DNA from: Gemmatimonadota bacterium
GTDB lineage: Bacteria > Latescibacterota > UBA2968 > GCA-2709665
Length of the DNA stretch: 64,000 bases
Direction: 5' to 3'
Assembly (NCBI GenBank): GCA_028873695.1
Contig: JAPPNU010000062.1
Coordinates: 257,057 to 321,056, forward strand
The first letter of the stretch is position 1. Every line of letters begins with the position of its first letter. The position numbers and the translations under genes were made by a program. The notes under the pieces were generated by a model, which was not told the origin of the DNA, searched no databases, and saw only the letters and a program-made list of their open reading frames with translations. Below, piece by piece: positions 9,236-18,925 of the stretch.

Positions 9236-10345
9236 GTGAAAATCGATTCCGCAGAAATACGATACGTCGAGCTTCCGCTGATATCGCCGTGGCGGACCGC
9301 GTACGGCGAGGATGCGTCGATACATTCCGTGATGGTCAAACTGTCAGGCGAAGGGGCGGAGGCATGGGGCGAGGCGGCGCCGTTCTACGCCCCCACATAT
9401 TCACCCGAGTCCGCGCGGTCCGTCTATGAAACGGCCCGGGAGTTTTTCCTGCCGCGAATTGTGGGCCATACGCTGGATACCGCCGAGGAAGTGGTTGAGC
9501 GGCTGTCCATCTTCAAGGGGAATCCGTTTTCCAAAGCCGCGGTGGAAACGGCCTGGTGGGCGCTCGACAGCAGGCTCAACGGCGTCCCGCTCTGGCGCGC
9601 GCTGGGGGCGGACAAGCCGGTGGTGCGATGCGGCGCGGATTTCGGGGTCCAGGACACGATCGACGTGCTTCTCGCGCTGATCCAGGGCGCCGTGGACGCG
9701 GGTTTTCCACGGATCAAGCTGAAGGTGAAGCACGGATGGGATATCGAGATGCTGGACGCCGTGCGGTCGGCCTTTCCCGGTCCCGTGATTCACGTGGACT
9801 GCAACTCCGGCTACGACCTGGAGGCGGATATCGATACGCTGGTGGGGTTCGACCGGTTCAACCTGGCGATGATCGAACAGCCTCTTGACCATACCGATCT
9901 CATCGACCACGCCGAGTTGCAGCGTCGGATCGGGACGCCCGTGTGCCTGGACGAATCGGTCACGCGCCCCCGCGACTTCGAGATGGCGCTGAAAATCGAC
10001 GCCTGCCGCGTCATCAACGTCAAGCCGGGACGCGTGGGCGGGTTGTACAACGCGGTGCGGATTCACGATATGGCGCGGGACGCGGGGATGCCTGCGTGGG
10101 TGGGCGGCATGCTGGAAAGCGGGGTAGGCGCGGGGATCTGCGCCGCGCTGGGAACGCTGCCCGGATTCACCTATCCGGCGGACGTGTTTCCCTCTTCGAA
10201 ATTCTACGCTGAGGATATTACGGATCGATGGGTCGAACAGGACGAAAACTGCGATGTTGTGCTGGACGAAACGCCCGGCGTGGGATTCGATCCGGTGCAG
10301 GAGCGTCTGGAAGGGGTAACAACAATGCGGGAGGTGATTGAATAA
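9236..10345 (+). CDS. Enolase-superfamily enzyme, o-succinylbenzoate synthase / N-acylamino-acid racemase-like
   Basis: 369 aa. MR_MLE layout: N-terminal capping domain, then KLKV...D.N..Y...IEQP...D...L... with metal ligands (DCNSGY, MIEQPL, LDES). Confidence 0.75.
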   Translation: MKIDSAEIRYVELPLISPWRTAYGEDASIHSVMVKLSGEGAEAWGEAAPFYAPTYSPESARSVYETAREFFLPRIVGHTLDTAEEVVERLSIFKGNPFSKAAVETAWWALDSRLNGVPLWRALGADKPVVRCGADFGVQDTIDVLLALIQGAVDAGFPRIKLKVKHGWDIEMLDAVRSAFPGPVIHVDCNSGYDLEADIDTLVGFDRFNLAMIEQPLDHTDLIDHAELQRRIGTPVCLDESVTRPRDFEMALKIDACRVINVKPGRVGGLYNAVRIHDMARDAGMPAWVGGMLESGVGAGICAALGTLPGFTYPADVFPSSKFYAEDITDRWVEQDENCDVVLDETPGVGFDPVQERLEGVTTMREVIE

Positions 10346-10410
10346 GGGGACGTCTCGACCGCGCACATAAGAACAGGTTCGCCGGAAATCGTACCCGTCA
10401 ATAACCTTCG

Positions 10411-10450
10411 AAAAAACCCCGTCGCAGGCAGAGTATGCGACGGGGTTTTA
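10411..10450 (+). terminator. Rho-independent terminator hairpin (A-tract/stem/T-tract, possibly bidirectional)
   Basis: AAAAAA CCCCGTCGC aggcagagtat GCGACGGGG TTTTA. Confidence 0.6.
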
Positions 10451-10539
10451 GTGTGTGAAGGTGGGGCGGACATTCCTGTCTGCCCGGTCTTCGGTTGGAC
10501 CCCGATGCTCACGAGAGATGTCCAGGGGACGCCGCAATA

Positions 10540-10580
10540 CGGGCATTTCGACAAGCTCAATGACCACGTTTTGATTAGGA
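10540..10580 (+). repeat. Dispersed repeat family R1, partial copy C
   Basis: CGGGCATTTCGACAAGCTCAATGACCACGTTTTGATTAGGA versus copy A ...CTCAATGACCACGATTCGATAGGA. Confidence 0.5.
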
Positions 10581-10674
10581 ATTTTCGATCTCGCTCAGAA
10601 TGACATGTATTGCGATAGCCATTGTCAAAACGCTGAGCCCACCTCTTCGCTGACACCTCGACGCGGCGGCATTT

Positions 10675-12024
10675 TTATCCGAACAGTTGCGCCAGCAGGT
10701 CGTCGGCGAGGGTCTCCATGGCTGGGGCCGTGCCCACGCCACCCAGAGAGGAGTTGGCCGCCCAGGTTTCGTATCCGCCCTCCTCGGTAAGGGCTCCGTC
10801 GGTACAGATATATCCGATGTAACCGTTGGCGAGGCTGACGACAAAGGCAGGACTGGCGGTCGTCCGTGACTTGATACCCAGGCCCGATTCAACGAACACC
10901 TCGCCGGGAAGGGCCACGATGGCGGCGTCGCCGAGTCTGAAGACCTGCACCTGGGCGCTCATTCTGGATGGGAGCTTCGCCAGGCGCTGACATTCCATGG
11001 CGTAGATGTCCACGATGGACCGCGGGATGGGCTGTCCCACGACCCAGCTGAAGGGGCCGTCATCGTATTCCGGCGGATCGTCGGGCGACGCCAGGATTCG
11101 TTCGGCCGTTTCCAGGTCTTCGGGCGTGATGGTCCTGGGCGAGAAATCGAACGAACCGGTAGCGGCCGCGAGATCCAGGCTATCCTGTATATCCATCAGC
11201 TGGATTTCGGTGAGCATGTGACCGGCCAGGACGTTGGCCATTTTCTTCGCGTGTACGTGGCCCCGGTCCTTCCATGTGCGGCGCCCGCTGAAGTCGATAT
11301 TGTTGATCTGGCCGGACGCGGCATTCCACAGCAGGGGGATGCATTCGCCGCCCAGATATCGGCGCATCAACCTGAAGAAGTGCCCGAAATAGTCGGCCGA
11401 TATGCCGCCGCCGGCGCCTATGTAGTGGAGTGAGTAGCAGGCGACGGCGGCGAGCGGATCGCCGTTCAGATCCTCGACGTAGGCCATCGCGAGTTCCGGG
11501 TCGGTGGGGCCCGAGGGTTCGATCAGGTCTGGGTCGGCCACCCCCGGGTTCATCCGCACGGTCCCGTCCTTCATCCGCCAGCGGCGGTTGAAGGCGATAC
11601 GGTCTTCCTCCACGCTTGCGAAGCCGATTCGGGCGGGTCGCATGCGGCGGCACGCGAGTTCTGCCGCGTCAGCGATCTTGAGGTGGAGCCATTCGATATA
11701 GTCCGAATCACCGTCCGTACCCAGCAGATCGGCGATGCCGCCCCCGCTGTGCGTGTGTGTCGCATTGATCATCGTGTTTTCGATCGGGATTTCGCACCGC
11801 TGCGCCACGCGCTGCCTTGCGCGGTCCGCGATATTCCGCGGCATCGCGATGAGATCGCAGGTGATGAAGGCGACGCGGGTATGGCCGTTGTCCAGGACGA
11901 GGGCCTTGGCCAGGAGTTCGTCATGGACGTCGTCCGCGTATCCCGGCCGATGCCCTCCGGGAATGGTCACGCCCAGCCAGGGGGTGATGTTGGCCGTGGC
12001 GGCGCCTGCCTGTAGAGCGCCCAT
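10675..12024 (-). CDS. Neutral/alkaline ceramidase-like hydrolase (N-terminal domain family)
   Basis: GAATANITPWLGVTIPGGHRPGYADDVHDELLAKALVLDNGHTRVAFITCDLIAM resembles the N-terminal signature of the neutral ceramidase family. Assigned from memory of that pattern only. Confidence 0.5.
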   Translation of the reverse strand: MGALQAGAATANITPWLGVTIPGGHRPGYADDVHDELLAKALVLDNGHTRVAFITCDLIAMPRNIADRARQRVAQRCEIPIENTMINATHTHSGGGIADLLGTDGDSDYIEWLHLKIADAAELACRRMRPARIGFASVEEDRIAFNRRWRMKDGTVRMNPGVADPDLIEPSGPTDPELAMAYVEDLNGDPLAAVACYSLHYIGAGGGISADYFGHFFRLMRRYLGGECIPLLWNAASGQINNIDFSGRRTWKDRGHVHAKKMANVLAGHMLTEIQLMDIQDSLDLAAATGSFDFSPRTITPEDLETAERILASPDDPPEYDDGPFSWVVGQPIPRSIVDIYAMECQRLAKLPSRMSAQVQVFRLGDAAIVALPGEVFVESGLGIKSRTTASPAFVVSLANGYIGYICTDGALTEEGGYETWAANSSLGGVGTAPAMETLADDLLAQLFG

Positions 12025-12048
12025 TGGAGTTCTCCTGTTGTGGCGGGT

Positions 12049-13050
12049 TTACTCGATACTCAGAAACTCGCCGCCCCGTCTGGCGGATTCTTCCGCTTTG
12101 ATGCATGCTCTGGCAACAGCCAGCACGTCGGAGGTGGAGATGAAGTTCTCCTCGCCGCCGGAGAACGCGTTCACCATGGTTTCCACAAAGCTGCTGTTGC
12201 GCTCAGGTGGGAATTCGGGCTCGTACGCGCCCTTGCGGTCGGCAACGATGAGCAGGCTGTCTGACGCATACGCCCGGAGGTGGGCAGATCCCTTCGTACC
12301 CATGATGATGAAGCGGGTGTCGCCGAATGACGGAGAGTCTTCAGGAGTCAGCCAATCCGCGGTGAGAAGTGCGCAGGCTCCGGTACTCAACTGAAACGAT
12401 GCCTGAATGTGGTCCATCTCAAGCTTTTGCGGGCCGTGCGTATGCCTCTTGCACGTGCCGAGCGCATGCACGCCCACGCATTCGGCGCCCGTGAGCCAGC
12501 GGACCTGGTCCACGCCGTGGCACGCGACGTCGCTGAAGGTGCCCGTATAGATCTGCGGATCGAAATACCAGTCGGGAGCCCAGGGGCCGAGTTTGTGGGG
12601 ATGGGTGGAGATGAGGCTGACGATATCGCCGAGTTCTCCTGCCAGAATGGCTTCCCTCAGTGCGATGAAGGGCGGATAACTGCGTGAGGTGTAGAACATG
12701 GTCAGGCGGATATTGTGCTCCCGGACGGCGGTATGGATGCGATTCCAATCGTCCAGAGACCGGCAGAGCGGTTTGTCCAGGAAGACATGGGCGCCCGCCG
12801 CGGCGCAGGTTTCGATCATTTCCACCTTCTCGTGGTGGCCCACGCCTTCCATGACCACGTCGGCGCGGGTCCCGTCCAGCATCTCCGTCAGCGTGGGAAA
12901 GCGAGGTACGTCGACGTCGCGCACGTACTGCTCGTACAGGGCGTCGTCCGGTTCCACGATGCCAACCAGTTCCGCGTTGGGGGCCTTGACGGCGGACCGG
13001 AACATGCTGCCGATGTGTCCGTAGTGGACGCCCATTACTCCAATTCTCAT
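12049..13050 (-). CDS. Gfo/Idh/MocA family oxidoreductase
   Basis: MRIGVMGVHYGHIG... Rossmann N-terminus. 333 aa. Confidence 0.75.
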   Translation of the reverse strand: MRIGVMGVHYGHIGSMFRSAVKAPNAELVGIVEPDDALYEQYVRDVDVPRFPTLTEMLDGTRADVVMEGVGHHEKVEMIETCAAAGAHVFLDKPLCRSLDDWNRIHTAVREHNIRLTMFYTSRSYPPFIALREAILAGELGDIVSLISTHPHKLGPWAPDWYFDPQIYTGTFSDVACHGVDQVRWLTGAECVGVHALGTCKRHTHGPQKLEMDHIQASFQLSTGACALLTADWLTPEDSPSFGDTRFIIMGTKGSAHLRAYASDSLLIVADRKGAYEPEFPPERNSSFVETMVNAFSGGEENFISTSDVLAVARACIKAEESARRGGEFLSIE

Positions 13051-13054
13051 CGTA

Positions 13055-14179
13055 TCACTCCTGTCCGGAATAGCGTCTCACCCTTTCCCGATCCAGCTCG
13101 ATACCCAGTCCCGGCGTCGTGGGTATGGTCAACAGCCCGTTCTCGTCGAGCTGGAAAGGTTCGGTCAGGATGTCTTCGATGTACGGCGACGGGGTGATGT
13201 ATTCCACCCAGCGGGCCGTGGGATGGGCGGCGGCCAGGTGGAGGTCCGCCGCCAGGCCAACGGCGGTGTTCCATCCGTGGGTGACCAGCAGCACGTTGTG
13301 ATTGCAGGCGTGCCAGAGGATGCGGCGTGTCTCCGAAAGGCCGCCGACCTTTGTGGCGTCCGGCTGAACGATATCGAAGGCGCCGCGCGCGATCCAGGAC
13401 ATGAAGCTTTGCCGCCTGGTGAGGACCTCACCGCCTGCAATGGGGACCGGGGCGTTTCGACGGAGTGCGATGAACCCTTCCAGATCGTCGGGGGGAAGGG
13501 CTTCCTCGAACCAGACCACGTCGTAGTCCGCCAGCATCCGTGCGGTTTCCAGCGCCCACTTGTACCCGTGCGGCCAGAACTGATCGCTCCCGCCGGCATC
13601 GACCATCAGCTCGACGTCCGGTCCCACGGTATCGCGGGCGAGTTTGACGAGCCGCTCGTCGGTATGCTTATCCACACGGCCGAACGGTCCCCACCCGAGC
13701 TTGAGCGCGCGGAATCCCCGGGAAACGGCCGACGCCAACGTCTGCTTGAATGTCGCGTCGTCCGCCTCGAAGAGGAGGGAGCCGTAGGGCTTGATCTTCT
13801 GCCGGTAGTATCCGCCCAGGAGGCGCCCCACGGGTTGCCCGCTGGCTTTGCCCAGAAGGTCCCACAGCGCGATGTCGATTCCGGAAATGGCGTGCGTGAC
13901 CGTGCCCCCCCGTCCCTGCCAGAAGGTCGACTGGTGGAGTTTTTCGGACACGCGCTCGGGTTCGATGGCCGACTCGCCGATAAAATGGGGTCTCAGAAGG
14001 TCCAGAGCGGCGTCGACCAGGGCCTTGCTGGTGGCCACGCTTCCAATTCCCGTCAGGCCGGTGTCCGTATGTACTTCCACGAGCGTGTGCAGGTTCTCCG
14101 ACGGCGGCGTTTCGGCCGTCCAGCCGGATTTCGGTGTTTCGCCCCTCAGGGCGATTGTATGGATGCCGGTAATCTTCAT
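13055..14179 (-). CDS. Enolase-superfamily mandelate racemase/muconate lactonizing enzyme-like (sugar-acid dehydratase-like)
   Basis: MKITGIHTIALRG... N-terminus, then ALKLGWGPFG, VDAGG, WFEEALPPDD, VQPD. Start moved to the internal ATG at 14179. Confidence 0.8.
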   Translation of the reverse strand: MKITGIHTIALRGETPKSGWTAETPPSENLHTLVEVHTDTGLTGIGSVATSKALVDAALDLLRPHFIGESAIEPERVSEKLHQSTFWQGRGGTVTHAISGIDIALWDLLGKASGQPVGRLLGGYYRQKIKPYGSLLFEADDATFKQTLASAVSRGFRALKLGWGPFGRVDKHTDERLVKLARDTVGPDVELMVDAGGSDQFWPHGYKWALETARMLADYDVVWFEEALPPDDLEGFIALRRNAPVPIAGGEVLTRRQSFMSWIARGAFDIVQPDATKVGGLSETRRILWHACNHNVLLVTHGWNTAVGLAADLHLAAAHPTARWVEYITPSPYIEDILTEPFQLDENGLLTIPTTPGLGIELDRERVRRYSGQE

Positions 14180-14795
14180 CGGTTCGATGCCGTATTGAAA
14201 GGAGCCGACCGGGTCGGCCCGGGGGTTCGGTCCGCGAGGAAGGGAACCGGAGAGATATAGGCGACACGACGACTCCGGCGCCTGTTGCGACACGGCCTGG
14301 TGTTCGAGCGCCAATATATGTATTGGGGGTCTTCGCTTCAACAGGAAATCGTGGCTGGCTGAAGTAAAGTGATCTGCCAAAATGGCAGAACTCGCGTTAT
14401 CACGTGCTCCAGTCGAGATCGAGACCTGTTGTCGGCGGACGTGTTATCTCATAACGTGATAGATATCAATATGATAGCCAGCTTGTACGCCTTAAGGCAT
14501 AGATGTTGCATGCTTTAATGGCCTATGACCGATTCACGATCATGGCAGCGGCGACCTCTCCCCCCGATCCCGAAAAAGCCAAAAGGCGGGGAGACGGGAG
14601 AGATTACCTGCCTTGTGAGGTTTCTTCTCGAGCCGGAAGCAAGGAGTGATAAATTAACGGGCAGGGATTTCTTCCACTGCTTAATCGCCCTTTGGCGCCC
14701 TCTCCACCTTAAAGGAAATGGGAAGGAACACCCGGGGTTGACCGATCGCGTATTTCGCTGGTAGGAATTTCTGAAACCTGGAAGGAGTGGAACGG

Positions 14796-17309
14796 ATGTC
14801 GAACGAGAAGATCTCAGAAAGCATAGAAGTAATGGACCGGACGCACGTCCCCGGCGAAGCGCCCGTGTTGAGAAGCAGGGACGTGGTGATCTTTCCCCAT
14901 ATGCTGTCGCCGCTATTTGTCGAAAGCGAGCAGGCGATCCGTGCCGTGGATACCGCTGTAAACGGAGGCCATCGCGTCGTTGCGTTGTTCGGTCAGAAGC
15001 CTGGCGCGAAGCAACGCAAAGCCGGACCTGACGACGCGGCCGGCGACGCGGAAAACGTAGTTCAGGCCGAAGACCTGTACCAGGTGGGCACGGCCGTACA
15101 GGTGGTCAGGATGCAGCGAACGCCGGACAACAGGCTGCAGGTCCTGGTAAATGGAATTGCCCGCGTGGGACTGGAGGAGCTCGTTCAGACCGCGCCCTAT
15201 CCTCTGGCACGGGTCAAGGTGCTGGAGAGTTGGGCGGAAAAGACGAACGAACTGGAAGCGCTCTCCCAGAACGTGCTGAGTCTGTTCAAGAGGGCGATGG
15301 ATCTGGTGCCCAACGTGCCCAAAGAATTGATGGCGGCGCTGGATTCTCTGAGCGAACAGGAACAGAAGGCGGACTTTATCGCTTCACAGTTCAACCTCAG
15401 GTTCGAGGAACGCCAGGAAGTCCTGTCCGAACTCAACCTGCGTCTCAGGTTCGAGTTGATTCACAAGTTCCTGACGAGGGAAGTGGAAATCCTGGAGTTG
15501 CGGCAGAAGATCGAAAGCAATGCGGCCGGGTCCTTGGATGAGGCGCAGCGCGAGTATTTCCTCCGGCAGCAACTCAAGGCCATTCGCGAGGAACTGGGGG
15601 AAGGCGGAGACGAAGTCGAAGAAATCGAGGAGTTATCCGCAAAGATCGAAGCGGCGGGCATGCCGGACGAGGCGCGAAAGGCCGCTGTTCGAGAGCTGTC
15701 GCGGATGGAGAAGATGCCGGGCGAGTCCGCCGAATATACCGTGTCTCGAACGTATCTCGACTGGCTGGTGGAACTGCCCTGGAGCAAGGCGAGCGAAGAC
15801 CGTATCGACGTGGACCGGGCGCAGAAGATTCTGGACGACGACCACTTCGGGATCGAGAAGCCGAAGGACCGGATCCTGGAATACCTGGCCGTGCGCGGGT
15901 TGAAGAACGATATGCGGGGGCCCATTCTGTGCCTGGTGGGTCCACCGGGCACGGGAAAGACGTCGCTGGGTCGTTCCGTCGCGCGTGCGCTGGACCGCAC
16001 CTTTGTCCGGATTTCACTGGGCGGCGTGCGTGACGAATCGGAAGTCAGGGGCCACAGGCGGACCTACGTCGGCGCGCTTCCCGGGCGGATCGTCCAGGGA
16101 TTGCGCCGCGCGGGCACGAACAACCCCGTCTTTATGCTGGACGAGATCGACAAACTGGGCGCCGATTTCCGGGGCGATCCGTCGGCGGCGCTGCTGGAGG
16201 TTCTGGATCCCGAGCAGAACTGCAGATTCGAGGACCACTATCTGGACGTGCCGTTCGATCTTTCACAGGTTTTGTTCATCGCTACCGCAAACACGCTGCA
16301 CACGATACCGCCGGCACTGCTGGACCGGATGGAAGTCCTTGAACTGCCGGGCTACACCGAGCAGGAAAAGCTGGAGATCGCCCGCAGCTACCTCGTGCCC
16401 AGGCAGCTCGAGGAGCACGGGCTGACGGCCGGGCGGCTGGAGATCGACACCGAAGCGATAACGGGCCTGATCCGGTACTATACCAGCGAGGCGGGACTGC
16501 GTAACCTGGAGCGGGCCGTGGGAACGCTCTGCCGCAAGGTGGCGCGCCGGTTCGCTCAGGGCCGGAAGCGAAAGGTGAGGGTGAAGACCGGACATTTGCA
16601 GGAATACCTCGGGCCCAGGCAGTTCCTGCACGAAATCGCCGAGGAGAACGATGAAGTGGGCGTTGCGGCGGGTCTGGCGGTGACGTCCTCGGGAGGCGAC
16701 GTGATGTTCGTGGAGGCCACTGTGATGCCCGGCGGCGGAAACCTGAAGCTGACCGGACAGGTTGGCGACGTGATGCAGGAGTCGGTCCAGGCCGCGATGA
16801 CGTACGTTCGCTCCCGATGGGAGAGCCTTGGATTGCTTGAAAAATTCAACGAGGAAAGGGACGTGCACGTTCATGCGCCGGCCGGAGCAGTGCCCAAGGA
16901 CGGCCCGTCAGCGGGAATCACGATGGCGACCGTGCTGGCGTCGGTCTTCACGGGCCGGCCCGTCCGGAATGACGTGGCGATGACCGGGGAGATCACGTTG
17001 CGAGGCAAGGTGTTGCCCGTTGGCGGCATACGAGACAAGGTGCTGGCGGCCCACCGGGCGGGCATCCGGACGGTGATTCTTCCCGGGAAAAACCGAAAGG
17101 ACCTGGAGGAAGTGCCGGATGCCATTCGCAAGGGCGTGAAGCTCGTGTTCGCGGACCACATGGACAAGGTGCTTGAAACGGCTCTCGTCAAAAAGCGACG
17201 GGCATCACGCAAGCGCCGCTCGCCTGCCGCCGGAAGCACGGCGAACAGGCCGTCCGCCAGAACGGGCAACCGCCGCCGTCCGGCCGTAACGGCGGCGCCG
17301 GGAGAGTGA
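14796..17309 (+). CDS. lon: ATP-dependent Lon protease
   Basis: Lon N-terminal domain, Walker A LVGPPGTGKTSLG, and protease motif PKDGPSAGITMATVL. GGAAGGAG precedes ATG 14796; the ORF-track GTG at 14787 lies inside the SD. Confidence 0.95.
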   Translation: MSNEKISESIEVMDRTHVPGEAPVLRSRDVVIFPHMLSPLFVESEQAIRAVDTAVNGGHRVVALFGQKPGAKQRKAGPDDAAGDAENVVQAEDLYQVGTAVQVVRMQRTPDNRLQVLVNGIARVGLEELVQTAPYPLARVKVLESWAEKTNELEALSQNVLSLFKRAMDLVPNVPKELMAALDSLSEQEQKADFIASQFNLRFEERQEVLSELNLRLRFELIHKFLTREVEILELRQKIESNAAGSLDEAQREYFLRQQLKAIREELGEGGDEVEEIEELSAKIEAAGMPDEARKAAVRELSRMEKMPGESAEYTVSRTYLDWLVELPWSKASEDRIDVDRAQKILDDDHFGIEKPKDRILEYLAVRGLKNDMRGPILCLVGPPGTGKTSLGRSVARALDRTFVRISLGGVRDESEVRGHRRTYVGALPGRIVQGLRRAGTNNPVFMLDEIDKLGADFRGDPSAALLEVLDPEQNCRFEDHYLDVPFDLSQVLFIATANTLHTIPPALLDRMEVLELPGYTEQEKLEIARSYLVPRQLEEHGLTAGRLEIDTEAITGLIRYYTSEAGLRNLERAVGTLCRKVARRFAQGRKRKVRVKTGHLQEYLGPRQFLHEIAEENDEVGVAAGLAVTSSGGDVMFVEATVMPGGGNLKLTGQVGDVMQESVQAAMTYVRSRWESLGLLEKFNEERDVHVHAPAGAVPKDGPSAGITMATVLASVFTGRPVRNDVAMTGEITLRGKVLPVGGIRDKVLAAHRAGIRTVILPGKNRKDLEEVPDAIRKGVKLVFADHMDKVLETALVKKRRASRKRRSPAAGSTANRPSARTGNRRRPAVTAAPGE

Positions 17310-17353
17310 GAGCAGCCGGGAAAGACTGAAAGCGAAGAACCGAAAACAGAAAA

Positions 17354-17394
17354 GGGTCGAAGCGTGAGTGGCTTCGACCCTTGTTTTTGTTGTT
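17354..17394. terminator. Terminator hairpin between convergent lon and the NTase-HEPN gene; also the left edge of direct repeat copy 1
   Basis: GGGTCGAAGC gtgagtg GCTTCGACCC TTGTTTTTGTTGTT. Confidence 0.6.
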
Positions 17395-17434
17395 CAAATG
17401 CAACCGTACGTTTAGCCTGGATCTGCGGTCGTCC

Positions 17435-18259
17435 CTATTTGAAGCCGGTCTCCTCAGTCGTCTCTTCGTTCAACCCGCGTATGCGGTCGATGATTATCTC
17501 GACGGTTTCGGTCACGTCCGATAGCAGCGCATCGGGGTCTTCGATGACCACCTGCGAGTTCGAATAGCGATATCGCACAGCGTACCCGGTCAGCCACGCC
17601 AGCTTCTCGCCGGCCGGGGTGTGGTTTTCACCGGGATGCCGCCGCACGATAGCGCCGAGGGTCGCCAGATCGTGGGTATTGCCGTAGTCTGCGTCGAGCG
17701 CGGATATCCAGCCCTTAAGTGCGTTTTCGAGAGCCTGCTGCGCGTGAAACCCGATGGCTTCCTGAGCGGAATCAGCCTCTACGAGAACCTTTAGAACGCC
17801 GAGTTCGCGCTCAGCATTGGCAATGCGCTGCCGTATGTCGGGCCAGTTGGACGGCTCCGGGTTATCGTAGTCTACTTTGTCGCCATTTCCGTCAAATCCG
17901 TCGCGGACGGCCTGGCCTGCCACGTGGTTGCGCGCCCGGCGACCGACGTGGCAGGTCCGCTCGCTCATCTGGACCAGATCGACGCCGATCAGGTCGCCAT
18001 ACAGTTCCTCGACCTTGCGGTGGGCCGCCGCGCTCGTGTTCTGGTACTTCTGCCGGTCCGTGGAGTCGGAGTCGGAGATGATGAGCAGGTCGATGTCCGA
18101 TTTTGCGCGGTAGTCGCCCCGGGCTCGAGAGCCGAACAGAATGATCCGGTCCGGGCGAACCGCTTCGCCAACAGCCTTGGCGACGGCGAAGGCCTTTGGG
18201 TCGGGTGCGTTGCGTGTCCGAAGTTTTGCCAAAAAAGACGTAGACCTTCTGTACCGCAC
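17435..18259 (-). CDS. Fused nucleotidyltransferase (MNT-like) - HEPN domain protein, copy 1
   Basis: ILFGSRARGDYRAKSDIDLLIISD (GS...D.D polbeta-NTase motif), followed by the HEPN-like AIGFHAQQALENALKGWISAL...THDL. About 80% aa-identical (by eye) to 46833..47633. Confidence 0.75.
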   Translation of the reverse strand: MRYRRSTSFLAKLRTRNAPDPKAFAVAKAVGEAVRPDRIILFGSRARGDYRAKSDIDLLIISDSDSTDRQKYQNTSAAAHRKVEELYGDLIGVDLVQMSERTCHVGRRARNHVAGQAVRDGFDGNGDKVDYDNPEPSNWPDIRQRIANAERELGVLKVLVEADSAQEAIGFHAQQALENALKGWISALDADYGNTHDLATLGAIVRRHPGENHTPAGEKLAWLTGYAVRYRYSNSQVVIEDPDALLSDVTETVEIIIDRIRGLNEETTEETGFK

Positions 18260-18382
18260 GGTTGTTTACGGTTTTCCCGTTCGTCGCGGCCGTAACGGCG
18301 GATCCGGGAGGGTGAGGCCAATGACTGCGTTGCGCTGCCTCGCCTGCGGAGCGACATTATCGACCAACTGCCAGACCACAGG

Positions 18383-18925
18383 TCACGGCAGTTCCGCTTC
18401 CAAAACTTCCGGGTCCAATTGGTACCAGAACACCTCGCCGGATTCAACGAGATCCCTTATCCGATCGTCTCGTCGCAACCCAACGACAGCCGAAAATGCC
18501 TGGCTACCTGTAAGCCTGGTCAGGAACTCGGCATTTCGGAGGGTGCGGCGGGTGTCCCGACCATTGACGGTGAAGGAGATTTCCACGGCAATGTAACAGT
18601 GAGCGCCACTCTGGTCGGTGGCCTCTATAATCAGGTCGGCGCGGCGGAAGCTTCTCAACTCATTTGCCGGAACGTCAGACGTGTCGGTAGCGTTAATCAA
18701 CTCCCACAGATCAAATTCGGTGAGGTCTTTGACCCACCGAAAGCCCATCTCACCGGCTATGAAGGGTGTCTCCCGAAGCGCGGCACTCCGGGCGTGGGCG
18801 CCATTGAGTATACCAGGGTCATTCCGGATAGACGCCACGCTGTTATCGAGCGCGGCAGAGCGCCGGTTGGTGGCCTCGACGAACCTCTGCACCTCTGCTG
18901 CAAACTGTGTGAACATTTCAGGCAA
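18383..18925 (-). CDS. Hypothetical protein with a possible PD-(D/E)xK-like motif
   Basis: RRADLIIEATDQSGAHCYIAVEISFTV could be a D...E-x-S/K nuclease core. Co-oriented with, and directly upstream of, the NTase-HEPN gene. Confidence 0.45.
   Translation of the reverse strand: MPEMFTQFAAEVQRFVEATNRRSAALDNSVASIRNDPGILNGAHARSAALRETPFIAGEMGFRWVKDLTEFDLWELINATDTSDVPANELRSFRRADLIIEATDQSGAHCYIAVEISFTVNGRDTRRTLRNAEFLTRLTGSQAFSAVVGLRRDDRIRDLVESGEVFWYQLDPEVLEAELP

Noticed and set aside
14380-14786. Searched the 400-nt gap upstream of lon for a tRNA, a sigma-32 heat-shock promoter (CTTGAAA-N13-15-CCCCAT.T), or a small gene (ORF 14525..14764).
   Set aside because: I could find no cloverleaf-compatible sequence and no convincing sigma-32 consensus. 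The only candidate is a weak TTGACC-N18-TAGGAA near 14739-14768. The ORF has non-coding-like composition.
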